The notes beneath the pieces are model-generated. The model made no database searches. It was not told the DNA's origin and saw only the letters and a program-made list of their open reading frames with translations. A DNA stretch of 14,652 nucleotides from Candidatus Fraserbacteria bacterium (GTDB lineage Bacteria > Bipolaricaulota > Bipolaricaulia > RBG-16-55-9), in the NCBI GenBank assembly GCA_037443265.1, contig JBBIOR010000002.1, forward strand, positions 22,755 through 37,406, given 5' to 3'. Position numbers and translations under genes: made by a program. Every line of letters begins with the position of its first letter. The stretch's first letter is position 1. Positions 5,931 to 13,870 of the stretch are shown piece by piece.

Positions 5931-6842
5931 TTAACGCTGCAAGGCGGCGCGCAGGGCAGGCTCTAGCTCGGGGAAGCGAAACGAATACCCAATCTCTTGA
6001 GCCCGCTGGGGCAGCACCCGCCGGCTGGAGAGCAACTCACCGGAGAATGCTCCCAACACCAGCTTGAGTGCGAAAGCCGGTGCCGGCAGAAACGCCGGAC
6101 GTTGCAAGACTCTTCCCAGAGTGCGGGCAAATTCTCTCTGTGGCAGGGGCTGCGGGGCCGTGGCATTCACAGGCCCGCTCAGATGGCTGTCCAGCAGCGC
6201 ATGCTCCATCAAGCCCACAACATCATCGCGATGGACCCAGGACCACCACTGACGGCCTGAGCCGAGCGGCCCTCCTAGACCCAGCTGGAAGAGCGGCTGC
6301 ATGGCAGACAGAGCGCCTCCGCCGGGGCCGAGCACGATCCCAATGCGCAACCTTACGACCCGCAAAGAAAGCTCCTCGGCTTTGAGGGCCTCTTCTTCCC
6401 ATGCACGACAGACTTGGGCTAGAAAATCCGAGCCCGGTGGAGATTCTTCCGTGAGCGCCTCATCATCGCGATGGCCGTAGTAGCCGATCGCGCTCGCAGA
6501 GATCAACACTTTGGGTGGAGTCTTAAGCTCCTTCATGGCTTCTACGAGATGGCGGGTGCCCAAGACGCGGCTGTCATGGATGAGCTGCTTCTTGGCAGGC
6601 GTCCAGCGGCCAGCCACTGTCTCGCCCGCCAAGTGAATTACGGCCTCCACGCCGTCAAACGCTTCCGCCGGAGGCAGAGATTGGATCGGAGCCCAGGGGA
6701 AGACTTGATCGACCATCGGCATCCGCTGCTTGGCTGAGGCAGGATCGCGGGAGAGCGCCACCAGCGTGTGCCCGGCTTCCTGGAGCGCTTGGCAGAGGCG
6801 CGTGCCGAGAAAGCCTGTGGCTCCGGTGACTAAGATTCTCAT
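5931..6842 (-). CDS. TIGR01777 / YfcH / SDR39U1-family atypical SDR oxidoreductase
   Basis: MRILVTGATGFLG, IHLAGE, SASAIGYYG, FLAQVCRAWE, LGGPLGSGRQWWSWVH, GPVNATAP, FRFPELEPAL. Start at ATG 6842, 2 nt after the upstream stop. Confidence 0.93.
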   Translation of the reverse strand: MRILVTGATGFLGTRLCQALQEAGHTLVALSRDPASAKQRMPMVDQVFPWAPIQSLPPAEAFDGVEAVIHLAGETVAGRWTPAKKQLIHDSRVLGTRHLVEAMKELKTPPKVLISASAIGYYGHRDDEALTEESPPGSDFLAQVCRAWEEEALKAEELSLRVVRLRIGIVLGPGGGALSAMQPLFQLGLGGPLGSGRQWWSWVHRDDVVGLMEHALLDSHLSGPVNATAPQPLPQREFARTLGRVLQRPAFLPAPAFALKLVLGAFSGELLSSRRVLPQRAQEIGYSFRFPELEPALRAALQR

Positions 6843-6844
6843 CT

Positions 6845-7681
6845 CTAGCCCTTGTAGCTGACGACGCGACCCCACAGGCTCTTCGTCCCCCAGATCCCTG
6901 AGCGCAAGCACTCCAATTGCACAATCTGACTGTGATCCACGAAGAGATTGACTTCCGGACCATAATTTTTAATATACCAGGCGAAGACCTCTGGATCGGA
7001 AGCCTCAAACATCACGCGCTCTAGCCCCAGCTCGCTCACAAATTGTGCGGGCACATCCGTCCGCCAGCTCTTGACGCTCTCCGTAATCCCTTCAGATTCG
7101 ACCATGATCATGTACGCTCCGGCCTCCAAGAAGCGCTTGGCTTGGGCGATGGCCCAGCCGACGTCGCGCATCCCTTCCGTTTCGAGCTCCTCGGCAGCGC
7201 TAGCACCTCCCGCTCCGAACTGAATGCCCACCTCCGGCTTGGCTTTGAGCCCAGCCTCTTGAACTTTCTCAACGATCCGGAGCCAATCGTCTGTGGGAAT
7301 TGTGATAAACCCGCTAGAGATCTCAATGATGTCGAAGCCCAGCTCTTTGCATTCTTTGATGTAGCGATCGACGGCCTCCGGGCCATAAGTCAAAACACGC
7401 TCGATGAAGCCGCCGGTTGAGACCAGCACCTCATGTCGATGACAGAGATCGATGAGATCTTTGATGGCCCGGCGGGGCATGAGGGCAAACGATCCGCCGG
7501 CAAATTTAAGCGCATCCACGTAAGTGCCCACCGTATCGAGAATGTCTTCAAGATAGTGCACGCCCATGGGCGTATAATATGGGCCTCGGATCTCTGTAAT
7601 TCCGCGCGTGCGCGGCTTGGCCTGCCTTTCGTTTAGCTTAAGAAAAGAGAACGCCCTTTCATGGCCTTGAGATTTCGCCAT
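6845..7681 (-). CDS. Phosphosulfolactate synthase (ComA)-fold TIM-barrel protein, HSA32-like subfamily; function unknown
   Basis: KPRTRGITEIRGPYY, VDALKFAGGS, VSTGG, ECKELGFDIIEIS, LEAGA, LGLERVMFEA, YGPEVNLFVDHSQIVQLECLR. AAGGAG RBS. Confidence 0.88.
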   Translation of the reverse strand: MAKSQGHERAFSFLKLNERQAKPRTRGITEIRGPYYTPMGVHYLEDILDTVGTYVDALKFAGGSFALMPRRAIKDLIDLCHRHEVLVSTGGFIERVLTYGPEAVDRYIKECKELGFDIIEISSGFITIPTDDWLRIVEKVQEAGLKAKPEVGIQFGAGGASAAEELETEGMRDVGWAIAQAKRFLEAGAYMIMVESEGITESVKSWRTDVPAQFVSELGLERVMFEASDPEVFAWYIKNYGPEVNLFVDHSQIVQLECLRSGIWGTKSLWGRVVSYKG

Positions 7682-7687
7682 CGCGCA

Positions 7688-9073
7688 TCACTCCTTTTCG
7701 TTGGCTTCCGGTACCTGCACTTTCGCCAGCAGGAGTGTCAGATCCTTTGCGGAAATCTCTTCAAGATGCTCGACGGCCTCGATGATCTTCCGACGGAGCG
7801 AGACCGTCGTGTACGACCGGCTCAAGCGCTCGAATTTTTCGATCACGGTCTGCCAACGCATCGGACGCGTGTGGAAGCCTTCATAATCGCACTTCTCTGC
7901 CGTGAGCTTGCGGCCGTCTTTGAGCGTTACCGTGAGGCGACAGGGCATCTCGGCTGGAAAGCGTCGACTGTACTCCTCAGAAGGGCGTACGACGACTCTG
8001 CGAAGCAGCGTCTGCACGTCTTGACGCTGGATGCGCTCCCGCTCATACTGCTCGGGCATGACTTGATTGTCTAGAAGCGCCACAGCGATCATATAGGGCA
8101 AGCTGTGATCGGCTTCTTCTTTGGTGCGCACGATCGTCTTGTCTCCTTCCTCGCCTCCGCCGATGATGTGATACGCCACATCAAAGATCTCAATCTCAAT
8201 ACTCTTTACATCATCAGCCCTAAAGCCATGCTGTTGCTTCAGCTCTAAAATGCCCTCGATGGCCGACTGAGAGTGAATCTCTGCGTTGTACTTTTTGATG
8301 ATCGTGCGCGTCACCCTTTCTAAGTCTTCTTTGGACCAGTCGAGCTCGAATCTTCCGGCGATAGAGTCCATGAAGCCCTTGTTGCCCTCAAAGACTTCCA
8401 AGGGCCCTGTAATGCCGCGCCGAGCCAGAAACGCCGCATGAGTGCCGCCGAAGGCCGTGTTGGGATACGCTAAGCCTTTCCAGTGGGAGAGCGCTCCGGT
8501 TCGAGTGACCCTAAGCGCGTTAAAGGCCGTCCCGCTGATGGCTAGGGCGTTGGCCGTCTGCTCCGCATTTAAGTTGAGAGCTTTGGCCACGCCCGCGGCC
8601 ACGGCATACGAACCCTGCGTGGTGTGATCAAAGCCCTTGGCCCGCACCGGGGCGACGTCGCTCAGCCGACACTGCACTTGATAGGCCACCGCCAGCGCCG
8701 TAAGAAAATCTCGCCCGTTGCGATCCGCGTATTCGGCCGCAGCCAGCACGGCCCCTAAATTATCGCTGGGATGGCACGTCTCGCCCTGGGCCAAATAGCT
8801 ATCGTTGAAGTCGAGATAGCGCACCAGAGCGCTGTTGTAGAACGCCGCTCGATCCGGCGCAGATCTTCCGCCGCCGATGAGAGTACAGTGCCCTGCTCCT
8901 CCAAAATCTCGAAGGTGCTTGCGAATCATGCGCATGGGCTCGCCTGCGATGGCTCCAATGGCGCAGCCTAAGGCATCCAGCACGCGAATCTTAAGCTGCT
9001 CGCAGGCCTGGCGAGAAAGATCGTCCAAAGAGGCTCGAACGACGAACTCGGCCAGCTGCTCTACCAGGGCCAT
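7688..9073 (-). CDS. MmgE/PrpD-family protein (2-methylcitrate dehydratase-like)
   Basis: LDALGCAIGA, RYLDFNDSY, CHPSDN, DHTT, RTGALSHWKG, KKYNAEIHSQ, EEADHSLPY. Confidence 0.92.
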   Translation of the reverse strand: MALVEQLAEFVVRASLDDLSRQACEQLKIRVLDALGCAIGAIAGEPMRMIRKHLRDFGGAGHCTLIGGGRSAPDRAAFYNSALVRYLDFNDSYLAQGETCHPSDNLGAVLAAAEYADRNGRDFLTALAVAYQVQCRLSDVAPVRAKGFDHTTQGSYAVAAGVAKALNLNAEQTANALAISGTAFNALRVTRTGALSHWKGLAYPNTAFGGTHAAFLARRGITGPLEVFEGNKGFMDSIAGRFELDWSKEDLERVTRTIIKKYNAEIHSQSAIEGILELKQQHGFRADDVKSIEIEIFDVAYHIIGGGEEGDKTIVRTKEEADHSLPYMIAVALLDNQVMPEQYERERIQRQDVQTLLRRVVVRPSEEYSRRFPAEMPCRLTVTLKDGRKLTAEKCDYEGFHTRPMRWQTVIEKFERLSRSYTTVSLRRKIIEAVEHLEEISAKDLTLLLAKVQVPEANEKE

Positions 9074-9077
9074 AGTT

Positions 9078-9581
9078 TCAATCCTCGTCTTCGGGCTTGC
9101 GCTCGCCCAGCTCCCTGTCCAGCAAGAGCAGCGCCCCGGGGTGATCTTTGATCAGCTCCAGCTTAGAGACCACTTCGCTCGTGCTCTTCTCTTCTTCCAC
9201 CTGTTCCTCGATGAACCACTGCAGCATCACTTCCGTGGGGTAATCGTCCTCGTCGTCGGCGAGATCGTAGAGCTTGTGTATTAAGCCCGTGATGTGCTTC
9301 TCGTGGGCCAGGGCCTTCTGGAAGGCGTCCAGCGGCGATTTGTATTGAGAAGGCGGCTGCGGGATCGCCTGAAGCTCCACTCGACCGCCTCGGTCGATGA
9401 CGAAATTAAAAATCTTCATGGCATGCTCCAGCTCCTCTTGGCGCTGAAGCCGCATCCAGTGGGCAAAGCCCTTTAGATTTTCCGCCTCAAAGTGAGCTAC
9501 CATCGACAGATAAAGATAGGCCGAATAGAGCTCGTGCTTGATCTGCTCGTTGAGCGCGTCTTGAAGCTTCCTGCTCAGCAT
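9078..9581 (-). CDS. ftn: Non-heme prokaryotic ferritin
   Basis: LNEQIKHELYSAYLYLSM, EELEHAMK, HEKHIT, LQWFIEEQVEEE ferroxidase ligands. AAGGAG RBS. Confidence 0.96.
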   Translation of the reverse strand: MLSRKLQDALNEQIKHELYSAYLYLSMVAHFEAENLKGFAHWMRLQRQEELEHAMKIFNFVIDRGGRVELQAIPQPPSQYKSPLDAFQKALAHEKHITGLIHKLYDLADDEDDYPTEVMLQWFIEEQVEEEKSTSEVVSKLELIKDHPGALLLLDRELGERKPEDED

Positions 9582-9609
9582 CTCTGCTCCTTTCTCATGA
9601 GTTGAAGGG

Positions 9610-10842
9610 CTATGTGCCGAATTTCTCTAGCCAGTTGTTGTAGCCAGCCAAAAGGGGCACGACGTTGCCCGAGATCCGCCCTAAGCCCCCCTGCATTACA
9701 CTCTTCTCATCGAAGGAGACCACATCGTCGGGGAGGACGTTCGGGCCGGCGATCACCAGAGGCACCGGCTCTGCCGTGTGATCCCCATAGACAATGGGCG
9801 TGCAGTGATCCCCTGTGAACGCCAGATGCGTCTTGTCCCCATCGAGGTTTTCTAATAAAAAGCCCATGGCCTCGTCGATCTTCTCGATGAAGGCGATCTT
9901 GGCCAGCGCATCTCTATCATGGCCGGCGGAGTCTGGGCCCTTGATGTGCACAAACACGAAATCTTTCTGTTGGAGTTCTTGCACTGCGAGCTTCATCTTA
10001 TTCATCACGTTGGAATCGAGCCGGCCCGTGGCCCCTTCAGCCCGCTTGAACTCTAAGCCGGCGAGTCTTCCAATCCCAATGTAGAGCGCCCCGGCGGCGA
10101 TGACGCTGCCTGTGATGCCGTAAAGCTCCGTCACCCTGCGCAAGTGGGGCACGGTGGAGGCACCACGCACCAGAAGAATATTGGCCGGGGGGTTCCCCTG
10201 ACGCTCGCGCCTTTTGTTGAGCGGGAGATCTTTCAAGATCTCGTAGGACTGACGGGTCAACTCGTTGACGAGCTGGGCCGTGCGCTCGGCCTGCGGCGTC
10301 TTCTCCCGGGGCCGAACTTCTAAGACTCTCTGGCCCACAGCGTGCGGATCGGCCTCGGTGATGGCCGGCGAAAGACCTTCGCCGCGCAGCACCAGCGCCC
10401 CGCGATGTTCCGTGCTCGCTTTGAAAAGCACTTTCACATCCGGAGCGGATTTGGGCCTAAGCCCTTGAAGCGCGCGCTCCAGTTCCTCTTGACCCTCGTC
10501 AAGCCGCCCCGCCCGGCGATCTTGGATCAAAAAATCTTCGTCGACCGTGGCGAAGTTCGTCCGGAAGCAGATGTCTCCCTCTTGTACCTCTAGGCCGAGG
10601 CCCACCGCTTCAAAGACCCCCCGGCCGGGATACTCTCGAAAGGGATCATAGCCGAAGATCGACAGATGAGCCGTATCACTGCCGGGGCGCACGCCCGGCT
10701 TGATGGGATCTAAAAGCCCATTGATCCCGCGTCGCGCCAGCTCATCCAGATGGGGCTTTCGGGCCGCCTGAAGACACGTCTTGCCCTGCCAGTCTGTGGG
10801 CCGCCCCCCTAGACCATCGGCAATGACCAGAATCCCTTTCAT
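9610..10842 (-). CDS. apgM: Archaeal-type 2,3-bisphosphoglycerate-independent phosphoglycerate mutase
   Basis: DGLG, PGSDTAHLSIFGYDP (catalytic Ser), YPGRG, DRRAGR, HIKGPDSAGHD, TGDHCTP, HTAEPVP. ATG 10842 overlaps the gdh stop (TGATG). Confidence 0.9.
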   Translation of the reverse strand: MKGILVIADGLGGRPTDWQGKTCLQAARKPHLDELARRGINGLLDPIKPGVRPGSDTAHLSIFGYDPFREYPGRGVFEAVGLGLEVQEGDICFRTNFATVDEDFLIQDRRAGRLDEGQEELERALQGLRPKSAPDVKVLFKASTEHRGALVLRGEGLSPAITEADPHAVGQRVLEVRPREKTPQAERTAQLVNELTRQSYEILKDLPLNKRRERQGNPPANILLVRGASTVPHLRRVTELYGITGSVIAAGALYIGIGRLAGLEFKRAEGATGRLDSNVMNKMKLAVQELQQKDFVFVHIKGPDSAGHDRDALAKIAFIEKIDEAMGFLLENLDGDKTHLAFTGDHCTPIVYGDHTAEPVPLVIAGPNVLPDDVVSFDEKSVMQGGLGRISGNVVPLLAGYNNWLEKFGT

Positions 10843-12188
10843 CAAGCGTAGAGGCCGCGGGCGCGTGCCGCTGTGGCGACCCGATCCACGGCCACCATGT
10901 AAGCTGCCGTGCGCATGTCGATCCGCTCACGCTCCGCCGTCTCCCACACCCGCCGAAACGCCCGCCGCATGAAATTCTCTAGATGGCGATCGACTTCCTC
11001 CGCGCTCCAGAACCAGAACGAGCGATCCTGCACCCATTCAAAATAACTGACCGTCACACCCCCGGCGTTGGCCAAAATATCGGGCACGACGAAGATGCCG
11101 CGCTCGTAGAGGATGCGATCGGCCTTAAGCGTCGTCGGGCCGTTGGCCAGCTCAATCACCACTTTCGCTTGGAGGCGATCCGCGTTCTCTTCTGTGATTT
11201 GATCCTCAATGGCCGCCGGCACCAGCACGTCGACGCCCAACTCCAGAAGCTCCTCGTTCGTGATGGGCTCGGCACAAGGATAGCCGCGAACGGTCTTCGT
11301 CTGCCGGACGTGCTCCCTAAGATGAAGCGGATCGATGCCCTCCGGGTTGTACAGTCCGCCGTAGACGTCGCTTACGGCCACGATCTTGGCTCCGGCCTCG
11401 TGGCAGAAGCGGGCCATGTGCGCACCCACGTTGCCGAAGCCCTGGATGGCCATGGTCGCCCCTTTAAGCTCCCGATGGAGATGCTTGAGCGTCTCCTGGG
11501 CGATGAAGAACCCGCCCCGACCCGTTGCGCCGTCTCGCCCCTCGGAGCCTCCCAGCACCTTGGGTTTTCCAGTGACCAGCCCCGGCATGAACTGGCCCTC
11601 GTGATGCATGCTGATCGTGTCTACCATCCAGGCCATCTCCCGCTCGGTGGTATAGACATCCGGAGCCGGGATGTCCACATCGGGGCCGATCATAAATGAT
11701 ATTTCAGCCGCATAGCGGCGGGTAATGCGCTCTAGCTCCCCCAGGGAAAGCCTTGAGGGATCGCATTTGACGCCGCCTTTGGCCCCTCCAAAGGGCAGAC
11801 CCGCCACAGCGCACTTCCAGGTCATCAAAATGGCCAGACCCTCGACTTCTTCGAGGGTGACATCGGGGTGATAACGAATGCCGCCTTTGGTCGGCCCTAA
11901 GACGGGATGGTGCTGGACGCGATAGCCCTCAAAGTGCCTCAGGCGGCCGTCGTCTAGGAGCACGGGGAAGACGACCGTGAGTTTGCGCTTGGGATAGCGC
12001 AAAAGCTCGCGGACTGGCTCTTCGAGTTTTAGGCGCTCGGCGGCCGCATCGTAGAAATGACGCGCCAGCTCCAGCATCTTGATCTCGGAGCTTCGGCGAA
12101 TCTCGGAGCGATTGGGACTCTGCGCATTCATGTTCTGCCGCGTATCGCCACTGGATGTCGTTACCCGCAAGGAGGCCTGAGGTTCCAT
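10842..12188 (-). CDS. gdhA: NAD(P)-dependent glutamate dehydrogenase (Glu/Leu/Phe/Val dehydrogenase family); start uncertain (12188, 12131 or 12077)
   Basis: GPTKGGIRY, MTWKCA, GGAKGG, DIPAPDVYT, VTGKP, GFGNVG, ANGPTT, NAGGVTVSYFEWVQ. Glutamate-specificity Lys and Ser are retained. Confidence 0.92.
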   Translation of the reverse strand: MEPQASLRVTTSSGDTRQNMNAQSPNRSEIRRSSEIKMLELARHFYDAAAERLKLEEPVRELLRYPKRKLTVVFPVLLDDGRLRHFEGYRVQHHPVLGPTKGGIRYHPDVTLEEVEGLAILMTWKCAVAGLPFGGAKGGVKCDPSRLSLGELERITRRYAAEISFMIGPDVDIPAPDVYTTEREMAWMVDTISMHHEGQFMPGLVTGKPKVLGGSEGRDGATGRGGFFIAQETLKHLHRELKGATMAIQGFGNVGAHMARFCHEAGAKIVAVSDVYGGLYNPEGIDPLHLREHVRQTKTVRGYPCAEPITNEELLELGVDVLVPAAIEDQITEENADRLQAKVVIELANGPTTLKADRILYERGIFVVPDILANAGGVTVSYFEWVQDRSFWFWSAEEVDRHLENFMRRAFRRVWETAERERIDMRTAAYMVAVDRVATAARARGLYA

Positions 12189-12191
12189 GAG

Positions 12192-12821
12192 CTATTTGGT
12201 TGTTCGCTGTGCCCTTTCAAAGCGTTGTGCGACGTCTGTCCAGTTGACCACATTCCACCAGGCGTTGACGTAGTCCGCGCGCCTGTTTTGGTACTTCAAA
12301 TAGTAGGCGTGCTCCCAGACGTCCAGGCCCAAAAGGGGGATGAATCCTTCCGTCCGTGGACTCGTTTGATTGGGCATCGTCTTGATTTGAAGCTTCTTAA
12401 GGAGCGGGTTGAAGACCAACCAAGCCCAGCCACTGCCCTGCACGCCTGCGGCGGATTTCGAGAACTGTTCCTTGAAGGCCGCGAAGCTCCCAAAGGTGTG
12501 CTGAAGGGTGGTGGCCAGTTCTCCTTTGGGCTCGCCTCCGGCCTTGGGCGCCATGTTCTGCCAGAAGATGGCGTGGTTTTCGTAGCCCCCGCCGTGGAAG
12601 TTGACCGCGCCCCGAATCTCCTCGGGAATCGTGCTGATCTTCGACAGCAGCTCTTCAATGGGCTTGGACGAAAGATCGGGGTATCTCTCCAAAGCCGCGT
12701 TCAGGCCATCGGTGTAGGCCTGATGGTGCTTATCGTGGTGGAGGCGCATCGTCTGCTCATCGATGTGAGGCTCCAACGCCTTGTAGTCATAAGGCAGAGG
12801 TGGAAGCTCAAATTTGGGCAT
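12192..12821 (-). CDS. sodA: Fe/Mn superoxide dismutase, Mn-type signature
   Basis: LPPLPYDYKALEP, MRLHHDKHHQAY, GGGYENHAIFW, GSGWAWL, PNQ, DVWEHAYY. Met, GGG and the late Gln indicate Mn specificity. AAGGAG RBS. Confidence 0.95.
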   Translation of the reverse strand: MPKFELPPLPYDYKALEPHIDEQTMRLHHDKHHQAYTDGLNAALERYPDLSSKPIEELLSKISTIPEEIRGAVNFHGGGYENHAIFWQNMAPKAGGEPKGELATTLQHTFGSFAAFKEQFSKSAAGVQGSGWAWLVFNPLLKKLQIKTMPNQTSPRTEGFIPLLGLDVWEHAYYLKYQNRRADYVNAWWNVVNWTDVAQRFERAQRTTK

Positions 12822-12862
12822 GCTCTCACTCCTTTACGGGATTATTGCTCGATTCTATTTGC

Positions 12863-12891
12863 ATCTTAGCCCCCAAGGGAGTGCCTTTCAA
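12863..12891 (-). promoter_or_regulatory. Sigma70-type promoter for the sod-led operon
   Basis: TTGAAA (12891-12886), 17 nt, TAAGAT (12868-12863), followed by an AT-rich leader and AAGGAG. Confidence 0.65.
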
Positions 12892-12914
12892 GTGTTGTGA
12901 CCGCGGAATAGGCT

Positions 12915-13784
12915 TTAAATGGCTGTCAGTTCGTGATAGGCGGCCTGGAGCAGGCGGCGATGGAATTTCGGGCTGAGGAAGCTCGTAGAGTTGAATCGTT
13001 TGTCGAAGGGAACCGAAGAGAGAATCTCGGCTTCACCGGCCCCTGAACGGATGAGGGCGCGGACCATCTGAAAGAGCTCGCGACAGTACGCACGGAGCTT
13101 CTCGAAGGTCAGACGCCCATAGTGGGCCTCATGGCCGGGTACGTAGATTTCTACTTCCAGCGGAGCTACGTAGTCTAGGAGCTGCAAGAGGCGCAAGAAG
13201 CGCCCTTCGACTCCCTCACGGAAGTAGAAGGCGTCGCCTAAGAAGAGCACGCGCTCATAGGGCAGATAGACTCCGATGCTGTCGTCGCTGTGGGCTCCGC
13301 CCAGGGGGAAGAGCCTGACGGTCGTTCCCTTCAGATCCAGAACCAGCTCGCCCTCAAAGCTCAGGGAGGGAGGCACAAGTCTTAGGCCCTGAAAGTCCGC
13401 CGGGTTGAGCGTCGAGATATGGGAAAACATCGCCTCGTGGAGCCAGCGGTGGACGCGCTGAGGAGCCCAGTCCTCTTGAAGATTTTGAGAGAAACGCTCG
13501 CGGCAGCGGCGGCTGGCGATGACCGGGGCATCAAACGCCTGGTTGCCAAAGACATGATCGAAGTGCCGATGGGTGTCTATCACATAGAGCACGGGTCGCT
13601 CACGGATCTCTTGCATGGCCTCGTAGACGCGACGGCCGTGAGCCGGGGAGTTCCCACCGTCAATGGCAACCCAACCCTGATCGGTGAGCACCATGCCGAT
13701 GGCTGGCTCCAGACGCTGCCAATCGTGCCGGTAGATCCAGACGTGATCCGAGAGTTGGTGTACCCGCGAGCCTGTGCACCTCAT
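12915..13784 (-). CDS. Metallo-beta-lactamase-fold hydrolase, substrate unknown
   Basis: VAIDGG, THRHFDHVFGN (HxHxDH), AHSDD, LFLGD, VPGH. ATG 13784 with AAGGGA upstream and downstream of the predicted promoter. Confidence 0.88.
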   Translation of the reverse strand: MRCTGSRVHQLSDHVWIYRHDWQRLEPAIGMVLTDQGWVAIDGGNSPAHGRRVYEAMQEIRERPVLYVIDTHRHFDHVFGNQAFDAPVIASRRCRERFSQNLQEDWAPQRVHRWLHEAMFSHISTLNPADFQGLRLVPPSLSFEGELVLDLKGTTVRLFPLGGAHSDDSIGVYLPYERVLFLGDAFYFREGVEGRFLRLLQLLDYVAPLEVEIYVPGHEAHYGRLTFEKLRAYCRELFQMVRALIRSGAGEAEILSSVPFDKRFNSTSFLSPKFHRRLLQAAYHELTAI

Positions 13785-13804
13785 AAGGCATCCCTTTGAC
13801 CGTG

Positions 13805-13833
13805 AGCTTAGCACAAGCTCCCCTAGGCTTCAA
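13805..13833 (-). promoter_or_regulatory. Sigma70-type promoter for the MBL gene, overlapped by a 6-bp inverted repeat
   Basis: TTGAAG (13833-13828), 17 nt, TGc-TAAGCT (13810-13805). GAGCTT-N5-AAGCTC at 13804-13820. Confidence 0.55.
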
Positions 13834-13870
13834 CAGTCGAGTCGGCGCGGGCACTCTAGGGAGAGGGAGT

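Noticed and set aside
6843..6911. N-terminal extension of the TIGR01777 ORF
   Set aside because: Overlaps the comA-like 3' end; the family starts at MRILVTG (6842).
6845..7681. Coenzyme M biosynthesis call (comA)
   Set aside because: Catalytic Lys motif is missing and no other CoM genes are in the window.
10983..11699. 238-aa + strand ORF antisense to gdh
   Set aside because: Shadow frame of a conserved gene, with no RBS or domain support.
12057..12869. 270-aa + strand ORF antisense to sod
   Set aside because: No recognisable motifs and fully opposite a highly conserved gene; stop-free antisense frames are expected from codon bias in GC-rich genes.
12915..13784. Beta-lactamase / antibiotic resistance call
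   Set aside because: Only generic MBL-fold motifs and no evident signal peptide; substrate cannot be inferred.
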